DNA of 64,000 nucleotides, from contig OX597827.1 of NCBI GenBank assembly GCA_951406725.2, forward strand, positions 23,622,001-23,686,000, written 5' to 3'. Below are positions 12,413-24,457 of this stretch, piece by piece. The notes beneath the pieces were generated by a model. That model was not told where the DNA came from. It saw only the letters and a list, made by a program, of their open reading frames with translations, and made no database searches. How positions within the stretch are numbered: position 1 is the first letter of the stretch; the number at the start of each line of letters is the position of its first letter. Origin of the DNA: Octopus vulgaris (Eukaryota). Both the position numbers and the translations under genes were made by a program.

Positions 12413-13544
12413 ATGAAAAAAACTATCCACAGTGTGTGTTTGGTTATTATTTTAGGAGAGCAGGATTAGATCAAGGCACTCGGGTAGAAGACACTTGGAT
12501 GGCTTGAAGGTGGCAGGGTTGGTTCAGAGCACCTTGGTGATTTGTCATTGAGAGTGGCACAGTCAGTTGAGGGTATCAGATGGTTGTCACTTGAGGGTGG
12601 TGGGCTGGTTCAGTAGAGATTGTCTGAGTTGTTAGTACTTGAGGGTGACACAATCAGTAGAGGACATTTGGGTGGTTGGTACTCGATGGTCACTGAATTG
12701 GTTGAGGGCATCTGAGTAGTTTGTACTGGAGAATAGACGGCTTCTTTTGTATTTCATCTTGCTAAAACCACTAGCATAGCCAGAGTGTGTGCCACCCGGG
12801 GCAGCCCTTCCATTTTCTGCTCCCAGACCCCACAAAAAACACCTGAGGCAAACACCCTGCCAAACACACACACACACACACTGCTACACCCATACCTCTA
12901 TAACAATGGAATCAATATTTCTTTAAAAATAAGAAGAAGTTTTAATTCAAATAATTTCCATTTATTTTCTGAAACGTTCCATCATCATCATCATCATCAT
13001 GGTCACTGTTGTAACAGTCATCAGGAAATAATGGTGGGGGCTGTTTTTCTTTATTATTTTACAAAATTTTATTGGTATGGGTGGATGTTTTTGAATTTAA
13101 ATAAAAATCCTGGAAATTTAATTCAAAGGTTTCGTGAGTGGAGTGAATCAAAGCTAATAATTTAAGGTTTTAATTTTGTGGTTTGGTAATTTAGTGAGAG
13201 TCTCCTTAAACTCGTCAATATTTGTAATTTTAATACATTTAGCTTCTGTTGGGAATGGTGCACAGTTGCAGGTCGACATGGCATAGGCAGACTGAATGCT
13301 TTGCACCAATGTTTGTCACTTGATGCTTCAGGGTTCGTTTCCGCACTTGACGATGCATCATTCTTTTTGTTGCTCTTCTTAATTGATTTCTTGCCAATAA
13401 CCTGAATCGTCTTTTTAATTGCAGTAACCAGCAAGGAGGTGGTGGTTGTGGGATGGAGTTGAACCTTAGGACTCAGAACTGGTTTCTCAGTTTCCATGGT
13501 GTACAAGGGACTGAGATTTTGACCTTCTCTGCTGGACAGAGTGT

Positions 13545-13682
13545 CATACAGCTGAGTGGACTGGAGTAATGTGAAATGAAATGTTTTGCTCAAGAAAAAA
13601 AATATACTACCTAGTTCAGGAATTGAAACCATGATTTTGCAATCGTGAGTGCAACACCCAAACCACTGGGCTACGCGCCTTC
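13545..13682 (-). mobile_element. SINE family D 5' fragment (tRNA-like head)
   Basis: aggcgcgtagcccagtggtttgggtg...ggtttcaattcc head, then ttgagcaaaacatttcatttcac...ctccagtccactcagctg as in 27337-27942. Confidence 0.7.
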
Positions 13683-13866
13683 ATAATGGTTAAATAATGG
13701 AAATGAGAATTTACTGGTCAAGTGAAGAGATACACCAAGAGGTTGCTTGTTTGGCGATGGCCTGCAGTAACCAATGGTAACAGGTCAGCAGTCGGGTGTA
13801 GAGAGCTGCAGTAACCAATGGCAACGGTTGGGTGGAGTAGAAGAGGGGAATGAGAGATTAACTTAC

Positions 13867-13956
13867 CTGCAGACTGACCACTCTGCATTCATTGAATAAA
13901 CCTTTCTTGACATAATTGATAAAGTCGGTGCAGGTGATACGATGGAAGGCTTCAAC
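13867..13956 (-). CDS. Candidate internal coding exon of an unidentified host gene (90 nt, VEAFHRITCTDFINYVKKGLFNECRVVSLQ in phase 0)
   Basis: Acceptor ttgtatttatatctacttcag|G, consensus donor CAG|gtaagt, length a multiple of 3, open frame, non-repetitive sequence. Confidence 0.55.
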
Positions 13957-14039
13957 CTGAAGTAGATATAAATACAATGAGAAGGGTATAGAATTTCTTG
14001 AATAGGGATTAATGGTGTGTATGGGAGACCCATACTGGG

Positions 14040-14220
14040 GCACCACATAAAAACCACCCAGTACACCCTGTAAAGTGGTTGGCATTAGGAAGGGCATCCA
14101 GCTGTGGAAACCATGCCAAAACAAACAGTTGGAGCTTGGTGCAGCTCCTGTCAAACCGTCCAACCCATACCAGCATGGAAAACGGACGTTAAGTGATGAT
14201 GATGATGATGATGATGATGA
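14040..14220 (+). mobile_element. Family C retroposon with (GAT)n tail
   Basis: gtggttggcattaggaagggcatccagctg...ccagcatggaaaacggacgttaagt(gat)n. Confidence 0.8.
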
Positions 14221-15424
14221 CTGATAGATTGAAAAATTATTTTGTCAAGTGTCAAAAGAGAAATTTAACATTTCAGACGGCACACTTTGAGAGAGATGAA
14301 ATATTGAAAGAACTCTAGAAAGGCTACAAACTATGCCAACGCTACAATGTAGGCAGAAACCGGAATTGTGAGATTTGGTGATATTTCCTCAAAGTTCAAA
14401 CGCAGGTGGGTAGGTGGGTGGGGAGAGCTGATTCATTGTCCAGTTTAATGCCACCAACTGATCTTTCATGGCTTTTAGAGGAATCCATTCTGGGACAGGT
14501 TTCCAGGTTTCAGGACACCCTCCCCCTCCAACTCAAAAGCCCTATAAAGAAAGCACCAGTAATTGCCCTTCCCTCCCCAGCTGAGCAATGATAACTCGAT
14601 GCCCATCAAAAGGTGCAACTACATTGAACTAACAGGAGAATCAGTATTTGGTGTCAGGAATCTGCTAAAAATAAACCCTACTTAACCTGAGCAACAAAAG
14701 AGGAGAAAGTTTGTTAGCCTGAAGCATCCAATTCTGTCTTCACCCCTTCCACATCAACCTCCCCCCCACACACACACACACACCTCCCGTCCCAACATCA
14801 CACCTGGTTCCAGGATGCAAATCCCCCATTTTAAGGGATCTAAAGGAAAACCTTCCGTCAAAGTTTCCCCTGAATTCGTTCTTCCAAATCCCAGTTTAAT
14901 AATGTCAGGGTATTTTACTAATTTCTTAGGCTGTGTTTTTCAACAGGAATATGGTAACAAGGCTTAAAGAGGAGATGGTCATGGCTGGAACACATTTCCA
15001 ACTAAACTATAAAAAGATAGTGGAGAGAGTACATACAAGAAACTCTCTACAAAACAAGCGGAGGGCAGGAGAAATCTTCAGTTAGATTTGAACTCTTACT
15101 GCAGTGAACTGGAATGCGTTCTGTTGATTTTACAGAGATTAATCCTAAACAACGGGAAACATACCACACACACTTATGTATACACACACATACATAGACG
15201 CACGCACACACACACACATACACACACACACACACGCACGCACATGCATAGACATACATTACTGTATTCTTACATGCAGAGATATATCATTCCAGACTCA
15301 GGTACACACACCTACATCATTACAGGCTGTTGACTTACTGAGATGTATCATTACACACGATGGTGCCTACATACAGTTGTGTGTCATTCGAGACTGTGGT
15401 ACCTATTTACAAAAACCTTCACTA

Positions 15425-15465
<41 letters not shown>

Positions 15466-15670
15466 ACATCAACATTAACATCAACATTCACATCCTGTTG
15501 GGCAATTTTCTCGTAGCAGTAAGTCATATCAGCCTTTCGCTAACTGAAATATCTCATCTGTGCTCGCCACGATGACAGATGATAGTAATTCACTGACTGA
15601 ACGAGTTGATCTTGGCCATTGTCTGTTTCTTGTCCGTTCATCTGCCCTGCATCTAATGATATTCGTCATA

Positions 15671-16091
15671 GGCGCCGAGCTGGCAGAATCGTTAGCACGC
15701 CAGGCGAAATGCTTAGCGGTATTTCGTCTGCCGTAACATTCTGAGTTCAAATTCTGCCGAGATCGACTTTGCCTTTCATCCTTTCGGGGTCGATAAATTA
15801 AGTACCAGTTGCACACTGGGTTCGATGTAATCGACTTAATCCGTTTGTCTGTCCTTGTTTGTACCCTCTGTGTTTAGCCCCTTGTGGGTAATAAAGAAAT
15901 AGATATTTCGTCTGCGTTACGTTCTGAGTTCAAATTCCGCCGAGGTCGACTTTGCCTTTCATCTTTTCGGGGTCGATAAATTAAGTACCAGTTGCACACT
16001 GGGGTCGATGTAATCGACTTAATCCGTTTGTCTGTCCTTGTTTGTCCTCTCTGTGTTTAGCCCCTTATGGGTAGTAAAAGAAATAGGTATT
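15671..16091 (+). mobile_element. SINE family A with tandemly duplicated 3' body
   Basis: Head at 15671; body repeated from ~15903. Confidence 0.9.
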
Positions 16092-16544
16092 CGCCATTGA
16101 CTCACATCGATATTGTTCACATCCACCATGCTGCAGCCCATCATTTCAACGTAACCCTGGCTCGAGTGGTTAATGAGACCTTAGGCCATGCCAAGGGGCC
16201 ACCCTTGATTTGGCCCAGGGTTGCTGATTCCAATATTCACAACAGGCTTCTGTTTACATGATAATTAAGCCATGTTGTTATTGTTGTTAAGCAACAAGAT
16301 GGGTAAGGGTGATTAGATGATGGTCTAGGGCTTAGGGGCGGGAGACCCCAGACCTTGGAAAAAAAATCTTTGGTTGTCTTGTTGTAGTCGAGGGCTCTTC
16401 GTTGACGCCTGACACCACTGGGAGGTGGCCCTCGAAGTCGCTGGAAATGGAGATCTCCAGGTCCAAATTCTTGAACGGTCGATAATTAAGCTACAGCTCG
16501 GACACTGACCAGTGTTGCTGCTCTGGGTCAGAGAAGCTCTGTTT

Positions 16545-16740
16545 CTAATTTTGGCACAATGCCAGAAATTTTTTGGTGGGGTGGGGTGGGGTGGTCGATT
16601 CCATCACTTGACAATTTATTAATCAACCTCCAAAGGAAGAAAAAGTTGACCTCTGCAGGATTTGAACTCGGGACATAAAGGACCGGAACAAACAGTGCAG
16701 GGCATGTTGTCCGATGCTCTAACGAATCTTCCAGCTCACA
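16545..16740 (-). mobile_element. SINE family A relative, degraded
   Basis: aaagttgacctctgcaggatttgaactc and ctaacgaatcttccagctc remnants. Confidence 0.6.
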
Positions 16741-16939
16741 ATCCCTTTATTTAAATATTCAATAAAATGTAAAATATTTATATATGCCCCAGCATGGCCA
16801 CAGCCTTAGAGCTGAAACATATACAATGAAAGAATAAAGAAGGTTATTTAAAGAAGCACACGGGCATACGAGCCACAACACAACACGAGCAGTAAAACCG
16901 TATAAAAAATGTTAAGTGCGTCGAACAAGAAGGCATTAG

Positions 16940-17292
16940 AGGCGTGGGCGTGGTTGTATGGTCAAGAGGTTTACTTCTCAACCAGATGAGCGTAGGAACA
17001 GTGCCATTGTGCAGCATCATGCACAAGGGTCATCCACTACAGCCTCGGGCTGACCAAAGCCTTGTCAGTGTTCCTTGTGGACGGAAACTAAGAGAAATTT
17101 ATCGTATAAATGTGGGGGGGGGGGACACCGCTTGACAGCCGGTGCTGGTGTGTTTACGTCCCCGTAACTTAGTGGCACGGCAAAAGAACATTATAGAATA
17201 AATACTAAGCTTAGAAATAAGTACTGGAATCGATTCCATCGACTAACTTCCAGGCGATGCCCCAGCATGGCCTCAGTCCTAATACTGTAAAA
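16940..17292 (+). mobile_element. SINE family B, degraded full-length copy
   Basis: Head, gaccaaagccttg, ggtgtgtttacgtccccgtaacttag and ccccagcatggcc modules in order. Confidence 0.7.
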
Positions 17293-17297
17293 GATAA

Positions 17298-17438
<141 letters not shown>

Positions 17439-18092
17439 GGCCACAGATTTTCTCCGGAGTCGCTTTTTTGGTAGAAAGTCAAATTTCAGCTTCATTCGAA
17501 TTAAACCAAAGATGCAGTTCGGAGTTATCTCCCTTACATCAATAATTTCTCTCTGTACTCCATGTCTCTTGTTATTGGGCATCAAAGCGTATCTTCTTTA
17601 ATGATGTTTTTTTGCTGAAGCAAAAAACGAGTTAATTGATTCGATCCCCGTGAAATATGGATTTAAATTTGATTGCGTAAAAGACAATTGTCATCTTTGG
17701 ATAGAATATTGTCTCAAACACGATAACAAATCGTTTCTGTATGCGAGTGCGTGTGTGCAAATAGTAAATATCGTGCGTTTTTTTAACATTAGTCCCATAG
17801 AAAGGCAAAATAAGTAAAGAATGACAATTGGGATTCGAACCATTTATCTATTGATTGTTGGTGAATATCACCATCGATCTTTGGGCGACGAAGGGTAAAG
17901 CTGACATCAGCAGGGTTTGAACTCTAAACGTAACGAGATGCTGTTAAATACAATAATGGGTCACCCAAGCGATTCGGCTAATCCAGTACTAATCCTCTCA
18001 TGGTTATTACTGCAGTGTACAACCCTGTCGTGTATTACGGCCGCGGTGTACAGTCTCCCTCGTGTGGTACTACGACCGCAGTAGTCTACCAC

Positions 18093-18512
18093 GGCGGCGA
18101 GCTGGCAGAAACGTTAGCACGCCGGGCGAAATGCGTAGCCGTATTTCGTCTGCCGTTACGTTCTGAGTTCAAATTCCGCCGCGGTCGACTTTGCCTTTCA
18201 TCCTTTCGGGGTCGATTAAATAAGTACCAGTTACGTACTGGGCTCGATGTAATCGACTTAATCCGTGTGTCTATCCTTGTTTGTCCCCTCTGTGCTTAGC
18301 CCCTTGTGGGTGGTAAAGAAATAGGTATTTCGTCTGCCGTTACGTTCTGAGTTCAAATTCCGCCGAGGTCGACTTTGCCTTTCATCCTTTCGGGGTCGAT
18401 TAAATAAGTACCAGTTACGCAGTGGGATCGATATAATCGACTTAATCTGTTTGTCTGTCCTTGTTTGTCCCCTCTGTGTTTGGCCCCTTGTGAGTAGTAA
18501 AGAAATAGGTAT
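18093..18512 (+). mobile_element. SINE family A with duplicated 3' body and 8-bp TSD
   Basis: TSD tctaccac at 18085-18092 and 18513-18520; inserted in a degenerate gtaccact-type minisatellite (18001-18580). Confidence 0.9.
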
Positions 18513-18683
18513 TCTACCACTGTGGCGGTATACCACTCTATGGTGTACCACTCCATTGGGTACTACCACTGAGATGGTGGAATTCGGTTTTGTTTTATTT
18601 TGGGTTCTTTCAAAAATTCGTCTTTTTGGTTGAATCGGTTTGTGTCTAAAAGGCTTCCCTACACGACTGTCCCTTCCCCGCCA

Positions 18684-19037
18684 TCTTTGTTTCTTCATAA
18701 CTTTTATAAAAGGAATATTTTTTAAATAAAATTTTCTACGAATACCTTTCAGGTGGCGTAGATCCCGATTATATTAGAATTCAATGAGAAAAAAATTGAT
18801 GGGCTCGCACACATACATACTAACACCCATTATATGAATTTTTCAAGATTCCGAGTTTCATTTTGTAGATATTATATATTGTGTGTGTCTATGAATGTGT
18901 GCGAACCCGTCATTCTTTTATTTTTCTTATTTTTCCCCTAAATTCCGATATAATTATAATCAACACCATATGAAAGGTATTTGTAAAAATTTCCATTAAA
19001 AATAGCCATTTCTAAAAAAGTTGCGAAGAAATAAAGT
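18684..19037. mobile_element. Degenerate foldback element / MITE
   Basis: Left arm ctttgtttcttcataactttt...aatacctttca...gggctcgcacacat is complementary to right arm atgtgtgcgaaccc...tgaaaggtatt...aaaagttgcgaagaaataaag. Confidence 0.7.
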
Positions 19038-19109
19038 CAACTCGAGTGAATTATCCAAAACTCCCCTCCCTCACATCGAAATTATTATACATTTTTTTTT
19101 TACATTAAA

Positions 19110-19430
19110 TTACAATATAATCGGAATTTTCACCATCTGGATCGTATTTGAAAAATATCCATTTTTCTGAAAGTAACACGGAAACAAAGTCGGTTGGGAG
19201 ATGCTCACTTGTATAGGCGTGCCTTCTTGGATGCGGTGTCTGGAATGTTTGAGCTCCATATTGTACCAGCTGGACACAAAACAGCCGATGAGATGGCATT
19301 TCCTTCGTTTTATAGTGTGAGAGTGGAGAGCATAAGTAAAGATTTCCGGATTAGAGATGCACTGAGTGCCGATACTTAACACTTTCTTCCGGATGCTTTC
19401 CAATTCGTGAATTATGAATAAAAGTTGTCT
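19110..19430 (-). pseudogene. Highly decayed LINE ORF2 C-terminal fragment (L2/Crack-like)
   Basis: HELESIRKKVLSI...YALHSHTIKRRKCHL resembles LESIQKRALRII...Y..AL...TL..RR..L. Confidence 0.4.
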
Positions 19431-20519
19431 GGTCTGGCATTGGTGACTCGGTTAATGAGGCCACAACTGTGAGACAGCGTTTACCTCTGATAAGCAAGAT
19501 GATATGATATTTGATGAGTTCCTTGGGTGGCGTTCATTCATACATACATCTAGGTTAGAAACCGGCTCTTTCTCTACTGGCAAGAAATCTTGAAATAAAA
19601 CTGAACAATGACATACATACATTCCTTCACATATACAAACACTCGAAACAAAATTAGATACTTCGTTAGGTTGGCAAATAGAGATAGCATAGGATATCAA
19701 GCTTAACTGGTCGACTTGACGGACACCGGGTGGGGGGGGAGCCGTTGAATAGGAGAATTTAAATATGAGTCGATAGCGTTTAACAAAGAGCTGATGACAG
19801 AGAGAAATAGCTTAGAGGGGAAACTAGTTAGCTAGCAAGACGAAGCGATTAGAAAAAAAAAATTTTGACTATTTCTTCAACACGAAACACGAAGGCTTCA
19901 TTGTCAGAGCAAGGGTTTGTGCACTAAAACAAGAGAGGACAAAAGCTGTTCGGTGTGCACAGGTGAGGGGGGCGCAACATGACAACAAGGCCATAATTTG
20001 GTCTTTGGCGGTTCAAGATGGGCTCATGCTAATCGGTTCCAAGCAAAAATGTTCGACTTTGCTCAACTGTTCGGAGTAAACGATAAGTCAGAGATGGTTC
20101 TGGACTTTAGTGCTTATCTCGATGGCCTGCCGCAGCTCTCGGTATGAGAAGCAAAAGCACTGCAAAGGCCAATAAATGCAAATGAGATACGATAGGTGTT
20201 GGTATTTAGTAGTTTGTGCAAGGGACAAATCAACCGATTTGGACCTGATTGCCCTACGAGTTTTATGGTTTGGGTCAGACTTGTTTGGCGTCCATCTTCC
20301 GCAACCGGCAAAAGAACGGGATAATTCCCATTTCTGTAAGCTAGGGCGTGTTTAATGCTATTGAGAAAGGACTCCAACAAAAAGGATATTACAGATAATT
20401 TTTTGTTTATAAACCTGCTAAACGAAGAATTTCAACATTTTTTCAAATATGTTATCTAAGAGGTTAGCGTTTGTCATCGGTGGAAGCACAAACGTGTACC
20501 TCCCCCAAATGATCCATTT

Positions 20520-21330
20520 ATGACAACCTCCATCTCATTCTATACAATATAGAGGGAGTGGGTAATAAGTCTGGCGTTAGTGGACCCTGGTCAATTTGGA
20601 TTAGTTGACCATCGCTAATTCGTAGCTGTCCTACGAAGGACTTTCGAGTTGGGAATTTGTATGGATAACTTCCAGAAATCCCTGGCCTAGCAGTGCTACT
20701 CTTCAGGCTCGGAAGTGTCACTGATGCGACTGTCCGGACGCGAAACAAAGAAACTGTACTGTACATGCCCGTGCAGTGTCCGGACATTGCTGACTTTGGA
20801 GTTAGGTCGAACAGCTGTGATCCTGTGTGGGACGAATCCAGCAACCGGGCGAGTTTATCGTGAGGATCGCTTCATCACCCATCTTTAACAAGACGGAGAA
20901 GGCGGCGTCCCTCTCTCTAGTGGCTGCAGTGAAAGAGGTTGTGTGCTGAACAAGGCTGAAAGGATTACGAAGACACTTCCCTCTTCGGTCAAACTCAACA
21001 ACGTTTTCAAGTTCTACATGGAAAAAAAAGTGAGGGTAGAGAGGGAAGTGCCGTCCTCCAGTGAGTTTTTCTAAAGGTGAGTGACTGCGATAAACATGGT
21101 TAGGGTGAATGGACCTGCTGTGAGCATGCACCCGTTGATTGGAGAACAAAAGATGGACAAAGATCTGAACAGTTTGTGATCAGGATTATCCTGGGTCCCA
21201 GGGATTCCTTGATTGATGCCAGTTACAGGCTATCCCTTATCAGGAGGACGGTATGGATATGTGTTCACACATTTTCTATTCTATCAATACTGCTTCCTTC
21301 TTTCTCTTTTTTTCCTCCTCATCTTTCTAT
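20520..21330 (+). mobile_element. Degraded L1/Tx1-like LINE 3' fragment
   Basis: KETVLYMPVQCPDIADF (ET..H....C zinc-knuckle remnant), LSLVAAVKEVVC*TRLKGL and FKFYMEKKVRVEREV; pyrimidine-rich 3' end. Confidence 0.55.
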
Positions 21331-21432
21331 TTAAACTCTTACACTAATTGGGAATGTCCTTGTAATGTATCCCTCATCGGATGCCCCGATGGCAAATGAA
21401 AGAAATTGTAATCATCATTATTACTGTTGCTG

Positions 21433-22096
21433 TTCTTCTTCTTCTTCTCCTTCTCCTCCTTCTTCTTTTTCTTCTTCTTCTTCTTCTTCTTCTCCTTCTC
21501 CTCCTTCTTCTTCTTCTTCTTCTTCTCCTTTTTCTTCTTCTTCTTCTTCTTCTTCTTCTCCTCCTCCTTCTTTTTCTTTTTCTTCTTCTTCTTCTCCTCC
21601 TCCTTCTTTTTCTTCTTCTTCTCCTCCTTCTTCTTCTTTTTCTTCTTCTTCTTCTTCTTCTCCTCCTTTTTCTTCTTTTTCTTCTTTTTTTCTTCTTATC
21701 CTCCATCTTCTTCTTTTTCTTCTTCTTTTTCTTCTTCTTCTCCTCCTTCTTCTCCTTCTTCTTCTTCTCCTCCTCCTCCTTCTTCTTCTTTTTCTTCTTC
21801 TTCTTCTTCTTCTTCTCCTCCTTCTTCTTTTTCTTCTTCTTCTTCTTCTTCTCCTCCTTCTTCTTCTTCTTTTTCTTCTTCTTCTTCTCCTTCTTCTTTT
21901 CTTTTTCTTCCTTCTTCTTCTTCTCCTCCTTCTTCTTCTTCTTCTTCTCCTCCTTCTTCTTCTTCTTCTTCTTCTTCTTCTTCTTCTTCTTCTTCTTCTT
22001 CTCCTCCTCCTTCTTCTTCTTCTTCTTCTTCTTCTTCTTCTTCTTCTTCTTCTTCTCCCCCTCCCCCTCCTCACCCTTCCCCTCCTTCTTCTTCTT
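21433..22096. repeat. ~660-bp (TTC/CTC/TTT)n polypyrimidine-polypurine tract
   Basis: Plus strand is almost purely C/T (only a few A); source of the spurious poly-S/L/F/R ORFs. Confidence 0.95.
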
Positions 22097-22577
22097 GACG
22101 TTTTAAGCTTAAATCCCTTCGAGGTCAAATTTCGCCATTCATCTTTCCACTATCAATAGAATCAAACACCAACACCAGCCAAATATTCAGCTCAATGATT
22201 ATTGACTGATCCCCTCCTTCCCTTAAATTTGCTGGCCCTGTGTCTTATTAAAAACGATTATCACCATTGTTGTTTCCTCTAAACCTTGACCCCCATAATT
22301 AGTGGCCTACAAAAACAGATGTTTTTTGCTGTTATTTTTTCCCCCTCTCCTAACTGTAACCCTAATGGCGGCCTGCTATAACAAACGCTAAAGTCGATGG
22401 ACAAGACAGAGAAATGCTGCACAGTTGATGCAATGTTAAACATGCATCGTTCATGTGCAGCCAGGGTAAGGTCCTGGCTGATTTTCGCACGTAACACGTA
22501 TTAATATAAGGGTTTCGAATCAGATAAAAAAAATTCAAAGCGTACTGCGATGATGATGATGATATGTGAGAGAGAGC

Positions 22578-22809
22578 GGCGTCGAGCTGGCAGAATCGTT
22601 AGCACACCGGGCGAAATACTTAGCGGTATTTCGCCTGCCGCTACATTCTGAGTTCAAATTCCGCCGAGGTCGACTTTGCCTTTCATCCTTTCGGGGTCGA
22701 TAAATTAAGTACCAGTAACGCACTGAGGTCGATGTAATCGATGTAATCCGTTTGTCTGTCCTTGTTTGTCCCCTCTATGTTTAGCCCCTTGTGGATAGTA
22801 AAGAAATAG
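22578..22809 (+). mobile_element. SINE family A
   Basis: Full head-to-tail match to other copies. Confidence 0.9.
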
Positions 22810-23136
22810 ATGTGTGTGTGAGAGAGAGAGAGATATCATCATCGCCTTTACGTATACTGAGCGTGCTTGCCTGGATCAGAAAGAATTCGTTGTGGTAGAT
22901 TTTCTACAACTTGCTGCCGCTCCTGACACGAATTTTCACCTATTTCCAAACCGAAATATTAATTTCACCATGGTCAGATATGTTTACACAGGAGAGTGGA
23001 AGTGATTGACATTGCCTGAATGACGGTGACACTCGCTTACAATACATACACACAACTACACAGTATGTATGTATGTATGTATGTATGTATGTATGTATGT
23101 ATGTATGTATGTATGTATGTATGTATGTATGTATAC

Positions 23137-23169
<33 letters not shown>

Positions 23170-23488
23170 TGTATGTATGTATGTATGTATGTATGTATGA
23201 ACATACGTACTCCCTATTTTCTGTTTCTGTTTAAAGCCTGGCACTCTTGCTATCAATGTTCTTTTTCCGAACCACAGCTTATGAAGCGATGGGGGTGGGA
23301 TGACATAAGCACAAACACACACACACACACACATTACAGCAACATTCGTCCTAAACCAGGACTGCCATGTTATATTGGCAAACAATGTTTACTCCATTAG
23401 AGGTGTTTCCCAGCGCCCCCAAATTTTTAAGCTAAGGAAATACAATAGAAGTTGACTAAATTTCAAATCCATACATGGACTCACTGAG

Positions 23489-23528
<40 letters not shown>

Positions 23529-23573
23529 ATATCCAGTAACTATTGGCATTAATATACCCTGAAGTGAGTTATT

Positions 23574-23980
23574 GGATCTTTTCGGTTAGAACGGCAGTTT
23601 TTAACATAATTTCTAGGTAATTAAAAAATTTTAAACATCGTATACTGGTAGAATGTGTTTATAAAACATCTTTTTCTCTTGGCTTTATTGAGAAAATTCT
23701 ATAGTTTGTAAGATATTTGTTTTTTTTCTTCAATTTCTGCAATTTCAGCCAATCAGTGACGTCTATTGAGTTAAAAAGCATTCTGTGCCGTATGAATATT
23801 TCCCTCGTTTAAGAAACAGATTGGGTTTATTAGCATTCTGAAGAAAAAAATATACCCTTCCCCTCACCCCTAACCCTAAAACAGATTGAAATGCAATAGA
23901 TCGATTCTAGGGTCATAATTATGGGTGACAATTTCATATGACACCGCTAGAAAAAACTGTCGTTCAAACCGAAAAGATCC
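23574..23980. mobile_element. MITE family M1 copy 2
   Basis: Same TIRs; TSD gagttatt (23566-23573) / gagttatc (23981-23988). Confidence 0.9.
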
Positions 23981-24457
23981 GAGTTATCTCTTTAAAAATA
24001 GCCCAATAAAAATATCACTTCCACACAGAAAAAAAAAAAAAAAACTATCGCCAAAAACAAAATAAGAAAAGAAAATTCTTTTTATGAGTTTTCTCGTGTC
24101 GTATGAAGAATTGTTCCTTGTTTGTTTTACCATTACAACTTGAACTAGATTTTAGCAAAGATATTGTTTTCATTTATATGTATTATATTTTCTTTTCTTG
24201 TCACTTTTTTTTCTTGCTTATTTTCTTAAACTAGATTTTGATAAAAGGTTTTACTCGTTATCGTAAGCACACTTATTTTTCCTATTTCGCTTTTCAGCGT
24301 TTAATTCATTGTGTACAACTTTTTATCTTAATTTGTGTGTTTGTGCGCGCGCGCAATTTTGTCCACCACGTTTTCAATGTTTTTCAGCCTGTTGTGGCCC
24401 CTCATGTTGTCCCACTGTTCTTTTTGTCCCTACGTTCCATTTGTGCTACTTTACTTA

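Noticed and set aside
16151-16230. GC-rich hairpin considered as an HDV-like ribozyme
   Set aside because: P3/L3 and P1.1 geometry do not fit
21365-22159. Longest ORFs in the track (223-264 aa, poly-S/L/F/R/E)
   Set aside because: Open in most frames because of the (TTC)n tract
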